This document shows, in pieces, positions 47,825 to 57,202 of a DNA stretch of 64,000 nucleotides. The stretch's first letter is position 1. Every line of letters starts with the position of its first letter. Below the pieces are notes generated by a model that worked only from the letters and a program-made list of their open reading frames with translations, was not told where the DNA came from and did not search any database. The translations under genes were made by a program, and so were the position numbers. Origin of the DNA: Parcubacteria group bacterium (GTDB taxonomy: Bacteria; Patescibacteriota; Minisyncoccia; 2-02-FULL-40-12; IGHO2-01-FULL-4-A); assembly GCA_043821485.1 (NCBI GenBank), contig JBDRCU010000057.1, forward strand, positions 598 to 64,597. Direction: 5' to 3'.

Positions 47825-48772
47825 TTGTGCGACACAGCTATATATTGCTATACTATATATGTGAATATCAAAGATCTCAAAAACCAATTCCTTGAACATC
47901 TAGAAATTGAGAAAAATAGATCCCCCAAAACAGTAGAAAATTACGATCACTATTTATCTAGATTCTTTATTTTTGCAAAAATAGACAAACCCTCACAGCT
48001 CACTGAAGAGTTGATCCGCAAATTCAGACTGCATCTCAATAGAATGACCGATAACAAAGACAAATCACTTAAGAAGGTAACTCAAAATTATCACATTATT
48101 GCGCTTAGGGCTTTTTTGAAATATCTATCGAAGCGGGATATACAAACTGTTCCGGCAGAGAAAGTAGAGCTTGGCAAGCAAGAAGAGCGACAAGTTGAAT
48201 TCCTTGAAGAAGGCGAGTTAAAGAAGTTTTTGGATTCTCCAAAGATGAATACGCTTGCAGGACTTCGTGATAAATCAATTCTTGAGACTCTTTTTTCAAC
48301 CGGGCTTCGCGTATCAGAGTTATGTTCACTAGATCGAGACTCAATTGATCTTGATAGGGGAGAGTTCTCTGTAAAAGGCAAAGGCAGTAAGATACGGTTG
48401 GTCTTTTTATCTGATGATGCCAAGTCTACGATTATTCAATATCTAGATAAACGAGTTGATGCTGATGAGGCGCTTTTCATACGAGTTCCTAAGGATGAAA
48501 AATTTGAAAAATACGAAAACCTTCGTCTCACTCCACGCAGTATACAGAGAGTCATTAAAAAGTATGCAATTGAATCAGGCATTGTAGGCAAGAAGGTCTC
48601 GCCTCATACATTACGCCATAGCTATGCAACAGACCTTCTTCGCAATGGTGCTGACATCCGTTCAGTGCAGGCTATGCTTGGACATTCATCTGTAACAACA
48701 ACTCAAATTTACACTCACGTGACAGACAAGCAGTTACGAGAGGTGCATAAGAAGTTCCACGATAAAAAGTAG
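47825..48772 (+). CDS. xerC: tyrosine recombinase XerC/XerD family
   Basis: C-terminal catalytic region HTLRHSYATDLLRNGADIRSVQAMLGHSSVTTTQIYTHV. The true start may be the GTG giving MNIKDLK. Confidence 0.85.
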   Translation: MCDTAIYCYTIYVNIKDLKNQFLEHLEIEKNRSPKTVENYDHYLSRFFIFAKIDKPSQLTEELIRKFRLHLNRMTDNKDKSLKKVTQNYHIIALRAFLKYLSKRDIQTVPAEKVELGKQEERQVEFLEEGELKKFLDSPKMNTLAGLRDKSILETLFSTGLRVSELCSLDRDSIDLDRGEFSVKGKGSKIRLVFLSDDAKSTIIQYLDKRVDADEALFIRVPKDEKFEKYENLRLTPRSIQRVIKKYAIESGIVGKKVSPHTLRHSYATDLLRNGADIRSVQAMLGHSSVTTTQIYTHVTDKQLREVHKKFHDKK

Positions 48773-48790
48773 GTGGTATAATGAATACAT

Positions 48791-49777
48791 ATGGAAGAAC
48801 AAATAAACAACCAGGAGCATAAGATAGGTATTTGGCCGATGATTGCAGGCGTAGTGATTTTGATTATTTTAATAATTGTGGTTGCGTGGCTCTACAACAG
48901 AGACGATGGTATCTCAACCCCTACGCCATCAGTTTCGCCCGAGATATCAAATATTGAACAAACGTCTTTTCTTTTTGGTAATCCATATGATGCTACCTAT
49001 GCAGATTGGGTTGAAGTTTTAAATGAAAATGATGTCCCATGCGAGGGTATGAACGATGCGTATAATCCGATATCAATACATGAATCGGACAACGGTATAC
49101 TGGTAACAATACTTTGTTATTCTGCGGCATATAACAGTGAATTTATAGCTGTTTATTCGGACGAGGGAGGAAATTTTACAGTTCTGTCATTTCCGATACC
49201 TCTAGATGATGGCATCTGGAGAAATGATGAGATAGTTTGGGGGCTTAGATTTAATGAGAATAATAATATATTAAGTACTATTATGATGGGACGCGGACTA
49301 GGAGACTGTGGAGAGTCAGGAGAGTATATTTTAGATGAGACTCAATCTAAAGTTGAGATACTTGAATATAGGAGAAAGCCTGAATGTGATGAGTACTATG
49401 GTTTTTGGCCTATTGTATATCCTGATACTGAAGGTTATAGATACTACAACATGGATAGAAATGGTTCTAATTCTTTTCTAATGCTTAGATCGGTTCACGA
49501 TTCTGATCAATATATTGTTGAATTAAAAGGTAGCGGAGGGTCTTCTGAAATGGCTCCAGCAGACTGCTACATAAGTGCTAGAGGAGAACCGTATGATGAT
49601 GATACTCTAAGAGCTAAATTTGATCTGGCAAATCCTCTTGACGAAGAGAGGATACTTGAGATGAATTATAGTTACAATGAGGTAGAAATCACTAGAGCAG
49701 ATACTTTCGGTTATTGTAGTTTAGGGACGAATTTTTTGGGCACCTATCGTTATATAGAACCTCCTATATATGATTAG
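48791..49777 (+). CDS. hypothetical membrane-anchored protein (328 aa)
   Basis: N-terminal TM; no motifs. Confidence 0.5.
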   Translation: MEEQINNQEHKIGIWPMIAGVVILIILIIVVAWLYNRDDGISTPTPSVSPEISNIEQTSFLFGNPYDATYADWVEVLNENDVPCEGMNDAYNPISIHESDNGILVTILCYSAAYNSEFIAVYSDEGGNFTVLSFPIPLDDGIWRNDEIVWGLRFNENNNILSTIMMGRGLGDCGESGEYILDETQSKVEILEYRRKPECDEYYGFWPIVYPDTEGYRYYNMDRNGSNSFLMLRSVHDSDQYIVELKGSGGSSEMAPADCYISARGEPYDDDTLRAKFDLANPLDEERILEMNYSYNEVEITRADTFGYCSLGTNFLGTYRYIEPPIYD

Positions 49778-49789
49778 TACTGATTACAC

Positions 49790-50449
49790 TTGACGTTAAA
49801 GAATATGGTTAAAAAAAATGGTTCAAGTTTGAGTGCATTATTTCTTTTGATTTTAGTTAATCTGATTCCTTTGTTTGGGGTATTATATTTGGATTGGGGT
49901 GTAGTCACGATTTTGGTTTTGTATTGGATGGAGAGTGTGGTAATAGGGTATTTCGGATACAAGAAGATTTTTAAAGTTACTGGAAATAGGCCCAAAAAAC
50001 ATTTTTTTGGACTCCTTTTTGGACTCCTCGGGCCTGCAAGTTATTTTCTTTTCAATTTTATCGTATTCATATTAGTAGACGCTCTTTTTTTGGTAATCCT
50101 TTTAGTTATCTTTTTACTTCAGACTCCAACAAGTTTTATAGAATATGATTTATCGTTTTCGTATTTGATAATCGGGTTTATAGGATTCTGGATAAGCCAT
50201 TGGTATTCTTATCGTTCTAACTTCTTAGGACGTGAAGAATATTTGAAATATACGCCAAAGAGCGTTACGCGCGCTCCATATAAAAGAATTTGGGTCATGC
50301 ATGCTTTCATAATAGTTGCAGGAGGAATCATGGCTTGGACGTGGTCGCTTGTCTCGCTTCTTCTAGTCTTGGTTGTATTAAAAATTGTTGCAGATATTAC
50401 ACTGCATCTAATGGAACACAACTTTTATCGTAATAATAAAGAGCAGTAG
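49790..50449 (+). CDS. hypothetical polytopic membrane protein
   Basis: 5-6 predicted TM helices. Confidence 0.5.
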   Translation: MTLKNMVKKNGSSLSALFLLILVNLIPLFGVLYLDWGVVTILVLYWMESVVIGYFGYKKIFKVTGNRPKKHFFGLLFGLLGPASYFLFNFIVFILVDALFLVILLVIFLLQTPTSFIEYDLSFSYLIIGFIGFWISHWYSYRSNFLGREEYLKYTPKSVTRAPYKRIWVMHAFIIVAGGIMAWTWSLVSLLLVLVVLKIVADITLHLMEHNFYRNNKEQ

Positions 50450-50478
50450 TATAATTAACCTCAATCTCTTAGCATAAT

Positions 50479-50510
50479 AAAACATGCAGTTATAGAACTG
50501 CATGTTTTAT
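50479..50510. terminator. bidirectional terminator AAAACATGCAGT-tataga-ACTGCATGTTTT
   Basis: 12-bp perfect stem between convergent genes. Confidence 0.65.
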
Positions 50511-50539
50511 TTAGATATTTTTTGTCTATAGAGGCTGGT

Positions 50540-50917
50540 CTATTTTAATATCTTCATTCCTCCAATGATAGGGAGTTCTTTCATCTCATTGTTTGCGCCA
50601 TGCATTATGCCTATGATCCACAATATAAATAGTATTAGATTGATTGCCATCCATGCCAGCCAGCCAAGGAATGGGATGAAAAGAAGTATCCATCCCGCTA
50701 TTGATGCTATGACGGCAGCTAGGAATAGTATGAGTTGTTGGTTGGCGTGAAATCGTTCTGTCTGTCCTTTGAGATTTAGGAAAAACAAAATTGGAATCAC
50801 ATACCCTAAAATAATCAGCGTATGTGAATTATTAGCTCCTTGTGGTTGCTGTGGCTGCTGCTGATATTGTTGGTTAGGTGGCGGTCCTTGTTGAGGCTGT
50901 TGTTGATTCATATCCAT
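50540..50917 (-). CDS. small membrane protein with Gln/Pro-rich N-terminus (DUF4870-like)
   Basis: QQPQQ-rich N-terminus then three TM helices. Confidence 0.5.
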   Translation of the reverse strand: MDMNQQQPQQGPPPNQQYQQQPQQPQGANNSHTLIILGYVIPILFFLNLKGQTERFHANQQLILFLAAVIASIAGWILLFIPFLGWLAWMAINLILFILWIIGIMHGANNEMKELPIIGGMKILK

Positions 50918-51106
50918 AATATTTCTCTTAGGACACGGTGATCTATGCCATCGTGTATTCGAGTTTTAATTCTATAACTATGACATGTATTCTATCATTT
51001 TAAGGGTTTTAGGTTATCAACATTGCTTTTCTGACATTATTACTGTGATTAGGCTATAAAAGTGGTATTATAGAGTAATTGATTTATATAATTTAAATAA
51101 AATATT

Positions 51107-52684
51107 ATGGAAACACAAAATACACCAAATCCTTCAACGGTCCCAGTTATTGCAGGAGGTTCTTTTAGTGCAACTCAGATTGTTATAGCAGTTGTTGTTC
51201 TTCTGGCAGTTGGAGGCGTAGCATGGGCAGGATATTCGTATTTGGGAAGCAAGACTGAACAAAAATTACTTGTAGATGTAATTGAGAGTATGGAGGAAGT
51301 TGATTCTATGACTTTTGAAGCGTCATTTAACATTTTGATTACTGATAATAGTTACTCTTCAGGCCTTCTTGGTGGCCTTGCTAATACTTTTGGAGTATTT
51401 ATGGGGGATGAGATTTCTGATGATTTGGCCTTATCTCCTATCATTCCATCGAGTCGGGAGATCTCATTTACTGTTGATATCAATGGTGCTTCTGATACCA
51501 CGGATATTGATAATCAAAAGTTTGAAATGAATATGGATGTTGGGGTAGAAGGAGCTGATCTTGAATATATGACAGGAACAGATGAGCCACTCTCAATAAG
51601 TATGCAGATGAAAGGAATAGGAGATGTCGTATATGTGAAGCTTGATAGAATCGGAGGTATGTCACCTTTGGGTATTAGTATAAGTACAGACAAGTGGATT
51701 AAGATAGACCCTAAAGATCTTGCAGAACTTGAGGAACTCACAGGTTCTCTTGGAGCTCCGACATATGACGATATAGATGAAGAGCGTTTGAATGCTTTGT
51801 TGGAACCATATATGGATCAATTCGTCGATATTATGGGTAAGTATGACATCGTTAAGGTTTTGAGTTCTGGTTCTGGTCCTGAGATAGAAGGGGAGGAGAC
51901 AACTAGTTCCAAATTTACAGTGAACAAAGAAGAGACTGTGGATTTTTGGATAGAAGCAATGCCTGTTTTCACGGAAATGATGGATAAAATATATTTTGAA
52001 TTATTTGGAATTGAAAATATGATACTTGGAGATGCAGATCTTTCGGACTTTACAGATGAAGAAATAGCAGAGGGGAAGGCAGAGATATTGAAGATGTTAG
52101 AAAGTGTAAGTTTAGAGGGTTCAGCTACTATTGGAAATGATAGTGCAATTCCGTATGATATGGAATTTAATCTAGATATAGATGTAGAAAATTTGGGCTC
52201 TATGGAGACATCCTTTGATTTTCACATGAGAGATATTAATGAGCCTGTTATAGTAGAAGAACCGGAAGACTATATTACATTGATTGAGTTTATTGAGGGG
52301 ATGGATGGAATGGATTCTGGTTATGATTATAATAATTCTGCAGCAGATGATGTAAAGAGGGTGGCAGATGTGAACAATCTCCGTACTGCAATAGAGATGT
52401 ATTATGATGATTTCGGTGAATATCCAGATATGCTTGGAGATTTGGTTACAGAAGGATACTTGATGGAAGAACCTTATGATCCATTCTGGGATTGGTCTTA
52501 TGATTATGCTAGTTCTGGTAATAAGTATCAGATATCTGCAGACCTTGATAGTGGTTATCCTGATGAAGGGAATCTCGCTAATGATAGCGATATTGATGCA
52601 TCATCTTGGGGAGGAGTAGATGGTAATCTTGAGGAATGTTCTGGATTTGGCTGGGATTGTTTCTTTGATCTGGGATCGGAATAA
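51107..52684 (+). CDS. large N-terminally anchored protein with C-terminal pseudopilin/GspG-like domain
   Basis: N-terminal TM. The C-terminal LRTAIEMYYDDFGEYPDMLGDLV...YDPFWDWSYDY resembles the GspG/type IV pilin globular domain signature (ALxMYxLDNGxYP...DPWG..Y). Confidence 0.55.
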   Translation: METQNTPNPSTVPVIAGGSFSATQIVIAVVVLLAVGGVAWAGYSYLGSKTEQKLLVDVIESMEEVDSMTFEASFNILITDNSYSSGLLGGLANTFGVFMGDEISDDLALSPIIPSSREISFTVDINGASDTTDIDNQKFEMNMDVGVEGADLEYMTGTDEPLSISMQMKGIGDVVYVKLDRIGGMSPLGISISTDKWIKIDPKDLAELEELTGSLGAPTYDDIDEERLNALLEPYMDQFVDIMGKYDIVKVLSSGSGPEIEGEETTSSKFTVNKEETVDFWIEAMPVFTEMMDKIYFELFGIENMILGDADLSDFTDEEIAEGKAEILKMLESVSLEGSATIGNDSAIPYDMEFNLDIDVENLGSMETSFDFHMRDINEPVIVEEPEDYITLIEFIEGMDGMDSGYDYNNSAADDVKRVADVNNLRTAIEMYYDDFGEYPDMLGDLVTEGYLMEEPYDPFWDWSYDYASSGNKYQISADLDSGYPDEGNLANDSDIDASSWGGVDGNLEECSGFGWDCFFDLGSE

Positions 52685-52753
52685 GTTGCGCTAGTTTCTT
52701 GAACTCGCTTGACTTAAAATTGACTTAAATTTGAAAAATGGTATAATGCAATC

Positions 52754-53133
52754 GGGCTTGAAAGGCTTCGATGGAGGTTCATTTACAGGATTGAGCACGT
52801 CGAGTTTACCGATGTCTCGTAAATAATGTCGGTGCAAGATAAGTGCAAACACATCTTATCAAATGCCATCTATGGCAGGAATGTCACAAATGGCAGTAGC
52901 ATAACTTTTTAGTATAGCTACCGTCTTACCTCGGATTCTCGCTAGGGGGATAAGGCGTCATTAGCGAGAAACTTTGCCTGCTATTACTATGACGGCAGAA
53001 CATCGCAATTCCCATAGTACATTGCCTGAGCTTTTGTTCATTCCTTATCAGGCGGTGTAAATCGGAATGAACTAAACGTGTAGTATCATCTTGTATCAAC
53101 TTTCAGACGGGGGTTCGATTCCCCCCGAGTCCA
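52754..53133 (+). ncRNA. ssrA: tmRNA (ssrA)
   Basis: 5' GGGCUUGAAAGGCUUCGAUGGAGG resembles the tmRNA 5' end. The acceptor stem GGGCUUG/CGAGUCC contains a G3:U pair. T-arm GGGGGUUCGAUUCCCCC, discriminator A. The candidate tag reading frame 52845..52904 encodes ANTSYQMPSMAGMSQMAVA then a UAA stop. Confidence 0.8.
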
Positions 53134-53137
53134 CAAA
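53124..53137. repeat. left copy of 14-nt direct repeat CCCGAGTCCACAAA (tmRNA 3' end, attL-like)
   Basis: Identical copy at 53919..53932. Confidence 0.7.
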
Positions 53138-53139
53138 CG

Positions 53140-53172
53140 AAATAACCCTTATTTTACGGGGGTTATTTTTGT
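53140..53172 (+). terminator. terminator hairpin after tmRNA (AAATAACCC-ttattttac-GGGGGTTATTTTT)
   Basis: Near-identical (28/32) to the hairpin after tRNA-fMet at 1286..1317. Confidence 0.6.
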
Positions 53173-53286
53173 TGACTCCCAGGGATATTTGAACCTTTTC
53201 AAACAAAAAAGCGTCACAGGTGTGATGCTCTTTTGATTCTGGGCGACCCCTGATTGCTCGTGTGAGCAGGGGTCGCCCATCTGTAC

Positions 53287-53670
53287 TTACTGGGCGGTAG
53301 CAGCCGCCCGGCTTTCGACCCACTCTCTACTCACCACATGGGCGAGCAAGTAGTTCACGGCCTCCTGTAACGCGGAGGCCCTCATGAACTCGTAGGTGGG
53401 GTCCTTTTGGACCCCGAGCTTCATCGCCGAGAGGCCGTAGCCCAGGGCATTGACGCCCTTTAACTGGCCTCTGCCGTTGCTGTCCAAGCACTTGTCAATG
53501 TGCTTGGTGGCATTGTCGACGAGTTTCAGGAACTCATCGACATCGACGTCGTACTTGGCCAGGACATCCATTGCCTTGGCCAGATCATCTATTGGGTTAC
53601 CATGGACCATGAGGACCATGGCAGAGAGGGAGCTGAGCTCCCGTTTTGTGGTGTGATGCACGTAGGCCAT
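53287..53670 (-). CDS. hypothetical protein (127 aa), GC-rich, inside tmRNA-associated insert
   Basis: ORF with GC content far above the host; no motifs. Confidence 0.45.
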   Translation of the reverse strand: MAYVHHTTKRELSSLSAMVLMVHGNPIDDLAKAMDVLAKYDVDVDEFLKLVDNATKHIDKCLDSNGRGQLKGVNALGYGLSAMKLGVQKDPTYEFMRASALQEAVNYLLAHVVSREWVESRAAATAQ

Positions 53671-53918
53671 TTTTGGCCTCCTTTTTTAAAGTACCCCACC
53701 CCTAACGAGGTTTCGGGGTTAATTTTTGCTTTTCGCTATAGACACAATGCCTATGCGAGTACAGCCCCCTTCCCGGGTCTTCTGTCAATTTAATGTATAT
53801 TATAACATATAATATATTCTTTTGTCAACCTCATATATAGTAGATTCAAACTTCAATTACACCACCCAATTCCCAAAAACCCCTCATCTCCCTCACCAAA
53901 AGGTTCATATTAAAACAT

Positions 53919-53932
53919 CCCGAGTCCACAAA
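53919..53932. repeat. right copy of 14-nt direct repeat CCCGAGTCCACAAA (attR-like), followed by a second terminator-like hairpin 53941..53967
   Basis: Exact match to the tmRNA 3' end. Followed by TAAAACACCC-ttttg-GGTGTTTTATA. Confidence 0.7.
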
Positions 53933-54004
53933 GAAAAAATATAAAACACCCTTTTGGGTGTTTTATATTGGAATAAATTGGATGCTTAATGATATAATTA
54001 ATCT

Positions 54005-57000
54005 ATGCTTGATCCTCAACTAATAACTTACATATCTCAACAACGCCAAGCGGGTATTCCAGATGATCAAATACGATCCAGTCTTTTGTCTTCAGGATGG
54101 CAGGCTACAGACATCGATACGGCTCTTGGTGGGGGACAAGCTCAACCTGCTCAAACAACGCAACCTGTTCAGCCCACTCAACAACCTCAACCAGTGCAAC
54201 AACCCCAACCAACCTCTTCAAAGAAAACTCTTATCCTAATCATAGTCATGACTGTACTCATCATAGCTCTCATAGCTTCGTACTTCCTTTTCTTCAGAGA
54301 TTCATCTTCTGATCCAACCCCAACTCCTCAATCCCCAACCAAGCGAACAACAATCAATGCATATGGTACTACCATAACTCCGGGAGTAGATTACTATGAA
54401 GGATTGATAGTATTCAGTCTCAGAAATGATAAAAGATTGACTTATCAAAATGGAACTGATCTTCCTGAAGGGTTAACGCCCATCGATCAATTAGATGATA
54501 CTAACCCTAATTCTCTAATATCTCTATTCAATCAATATAACTCTACAGACTTAGAAAGAAACTATAGAGGAATAGATGAACAAAGCACTTCATATACATT
54601 ACATATACCAGAAGACACAGATATCCTTGAGATAATGACTGATTTGCAGAGGACATCAGAAGTTAGATTTGCTGAACCTAGGTATATACCATATCTAGAT
54701 GATGCGCCATCAGATCCATTTTTTCGTTCAAAAGGGTCATTAGGGGGCGATTATGATGATCAATGGAATTTTAAACTCATAAATATGGAACAGGCATGGG
54801 AGATATCGAAGGGAGAAGGAGTTACAGTAGCTGTGATAGACTCGGGCGTGGATCATGAACACCCTGATTTAGAGGGGAACGTTCAAGAGGGCTATTATTA
54901 TAGCTACGGATGGAAGGATACCGATATAAAACCTCGAGGTATTCATAAGGGATGGGTAGGCGATTGTACTCAGACTCATGGTACAATGGTTTCTTCTATT
55001 CTGGCAGCCAAGAATGATGGCAAGGGTATGGTGGGTGTAGCACCAAAAGCAAAGATTATACCAATAGTGGGTATAAGATCAGTTTCTTGCAATGGCATAG
55101 AGGGTGAATCTTTAGGTTATGAAATGTCCATAAGGAAAGCAGCCGATTTGAATGTGGATGTAATAAATATGAGTTTGGGTTATCGAGTTCCTCTTGTATC
55201 TGCTGATCTTACTGAGGCAGTACTCTATGCGGTAAATAAGGGAACGGTGTATGTTACTTCTGCAGGTAATGATCATAGAGACACGACTTTTGGCTCCCCT
55301 GAAAATATTCATGAAGCAATAGTTGTCGCAGCAGTAGATGAGAATGATAAAAAAACAGATTATTCTAACTATGGACCAACAATTGATGTGACTGCTCCAG
55401 GCGGAACTTGGAAGAGACCCATATTAGGAGCATGGTCTACAATGTTCCCAGGTGATGCGACATATGATAAAGAGGAATCTGTAGTCGATGAGAAAGGGCT
55501 ATATGCAGGGACAACGGGAACCTCCTTTTCTGCCCCTACTGTAGCAGGTGTAGCAGCTCTTGTTATAGCTCAGGATAAAACCTTAACACCAAGTGAAGTG
55601 GAATGTGCATTGAAGCTCGGAGCAAAAGATGTAGAAGAGCCAGGATTCGATCCAAAGTCAGGATTTGGGAGAGTAGATGCATATAAGTCACTACTTTTAT
55701 CCAAGGATGACTTAAAGCCATTTGATGAAGAAGGTAATCCTACAGAAGCAGAAAAATGTTTTGAGCAGGTAGCGATAACATATCCTGGGATAAATGAAGG
55801 TATAAATGCAACAAGATTAGAGCCACTAGGAATTAGAGGTTTAGTATCTATTACAGATATTGACTATTATGTCCTGGAATATCTTAAAGAAGGAGCTAAT
55901 CCAAAGACAGGATGGATAGAGATATTTAGGGATACTAAAGAAGTAAAAGATGGGATTTTAGGACAATGGGACATAAAGGATTTAGAGGAAGGGAATTACC
56001 AATTGCGTCTGCATGCATTTAATAAGTCCGGTAAGCGATACGAAAATGAAGTATCTTTCTATATATATAAAACCGTTGCATGTTTTATTGACGGAATTAC
56101 CAGCATTGATGGGACTACAAGGAATCTAGTAGAGCCTACGAGATGTAAAATTATGACGGAATTAAGCTCTTCTAGTCCACTTTGGCTAACATTTAAAGAT
56201 AAGAGTTGGCAGATAGTTTATCCCATACCAGGTGATGGTCGAATTGTAACCTATGATGATAAGACTCACTATCTATATGTAGATAAGAAAAGTTGTGATG
56301 ATAATAATCCTGAACACGAATTTCGTGTAAATTGTAGTTGTATTGATAAGTATCCAGCTGAAAGTATATGCGTAGAAGAGGAGTATACATTTACTGATAA
56401 ATCAGGTGTAAGGAAATCAAATACGAGTGCCTACGGTATATTATCTCATTGGCAAGAGAATGATCCAGGTAAGGTAACATGTGAGGCAGTAGATGATTTA
56501 GCAGATGATACTGATCTTAGTAGTCCATTTAATTTTGAGCACGACAATGAGTTCTTATGTGAAGAGAAGGAGGATACGCCGGAACCAGTTGTATCAGATG
56601 AGAGTATACTTTGTACTTTTTCATCTGAAGAAAGAAAAGAAGGAGATTTCATTTCACATGCACAATCAAGAGGTATGGTTAGTAGTGGGGGGAGTATCGA
56701 AGGTATATCCCTTAGTTATGAAGAGAGAACTGTGTTTAAAAATGGTAAGGTATATCTTGCTTCGGATTTTTTTGGATCATTTGATTCAGGAGGTGGAGTC
56801 GATGATTGTAAATGGGTTTATGCTGATTATCCTTCAGATAAATTTGGTCTATTATCTAAAGAAGAGATAGATATCGAGATGATGCATTCAGATAGAAGAC
56901 TTGATGATGAGTTGGGACTACCGCCAATATTACCGAAAGATCTATGCACAAGGGATGTCTCTTCTGAACTTTTTGAAACGCCAGGTAAAGAATGCAGTAT

Positions 57001-57160
57001 AGAAGAGTATGAAAACGCTGTAGTAAAAAAAGCCGAAGACAGATTTCCACCAGGAGAGCTGGATACGGTAAAGAGCGAACTTAGGAAAGTGGGGATAGAT
57101 TTTAGAGAGTCCGTAATAGAGGACGCTCCAAGTATATGGGAGTTTGTTCAAAAGCCATGA
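54005..57160 (+). CDS. membrane-anchored subtilisin-like (S8) serine protease with N-terminal cytoplasmic module and ~500-aa Cys-rich C-terminal extension
   Basis: N-terminal 45-aa module (ITYISQQRQAGIPDDQIRSSLLSSGWQATDIDTALGG), a Q/P linker, and a TM helix. S8 triad motifs VAVIDSGVDHEHPDL (Asp), HGTMVSSILAA (His) and GTSFSAPTVAGVAAL (Ser). Confidence 0.85.
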   Translation: MLDPQLITYISQQRQAGIPDDQIRSSLLSSGWQATDIDTALGGGQAQPAQTTQPVQPTQQPQPVQQPQPTSSKKTLILIIVMTVLIIALIASYFLFFRDSSSDPTPTPQSPTKRTTINAYGTTITPGVDYYEGLIVFSLRNDKRLTYQNGTDLPEGLTPIDQLDDTNPNSLISLFNQYNSTDLERNYRGIDEQSTSYTLHIPEDTDILEIMTDLQRTSEVRFAEPRYIPYLDDAPSDPFFRSKGSLGGDYDDQWNFKLINMEQAWEISKGEGVTVAVIDSGVDHEHPDLEGNVQEGYYYSYGWKDTDIKPRGIHKGWVGDCTQTHGTMVSSILAAKNDGKGMVGVAPKAKIIPIVGIRSVSCNGIEGESLGYEMSIRKAADLNVDVINMSLGYRVPLVSADLTEAVLYAVNKGTVYVTSAGNDHRDTTFGSPENIHEAIVVAAVDENDKKTDYSNYGPTIDVTAPGGTWKRPILGAWSTMFPGDATYDKEESVVDEKGLYAGTTGTSFSAPTVAGVAALVIAQDKTLTPSEVECALKLGAKDVEEPGFDPKSGFGRVDAYKSLLLSKDDLKPFDEEGNPTEAEKCFEQVAITYPGINEGINATRLEPLGIRGLVSITDIDYYVLEYLKEGANPKTGWIEIFRDTKEVKDGILGQWDIKDLEEGNYQLRLHAFNKSGKRYENEVSFYIYKTVACFIDGITSIDGTTRNLVEPTRCKIMTELSSSSPLWLTFKDKSWQIVYPIPGDGRIVTYDDKTHYLYVDKKSCDDNNPEHEFRVNCSCIDKYPAESICVEEEYTFTDKSGVRKSNTSAYGILSHWQENDPGKVTCEAVDDLADDTDLSSPFNFEHDNEFLCEEKEDTPEPVVSDESILCTFSSEERKEGDFISHAQSRGMVSSGGSIEGISLSYEERTVFKNGKVYLASDFFGSFDSGGGVDDCKWVYADYPSDKFGLLSKEEIDIEMMHSDRRLDDELGLPPILPKDLCTRDVSSELFETPGKECSIEEYENAVVKKAEDRFPPGELDTVKSELRKVGIDFRESVIEDAPSIWEFVQKP

Positions 57161-57202
57161 TGAATGCAGGTTTTGATGATATATTAATCTTAATATCCCT
57201 CT

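Larger units (their letters stand above)
53138..53932 (+). mobile_element. putative miniature integrated element or remnant at tmRNA 3' end, GC-rich, one ORF, no integrase
   Basis: GC-rich ~0.8 kb bounded by exact direct repeats of the tmRNA 3' end; classic tmRNA-targeting island architecture. Confidence 0.4.
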
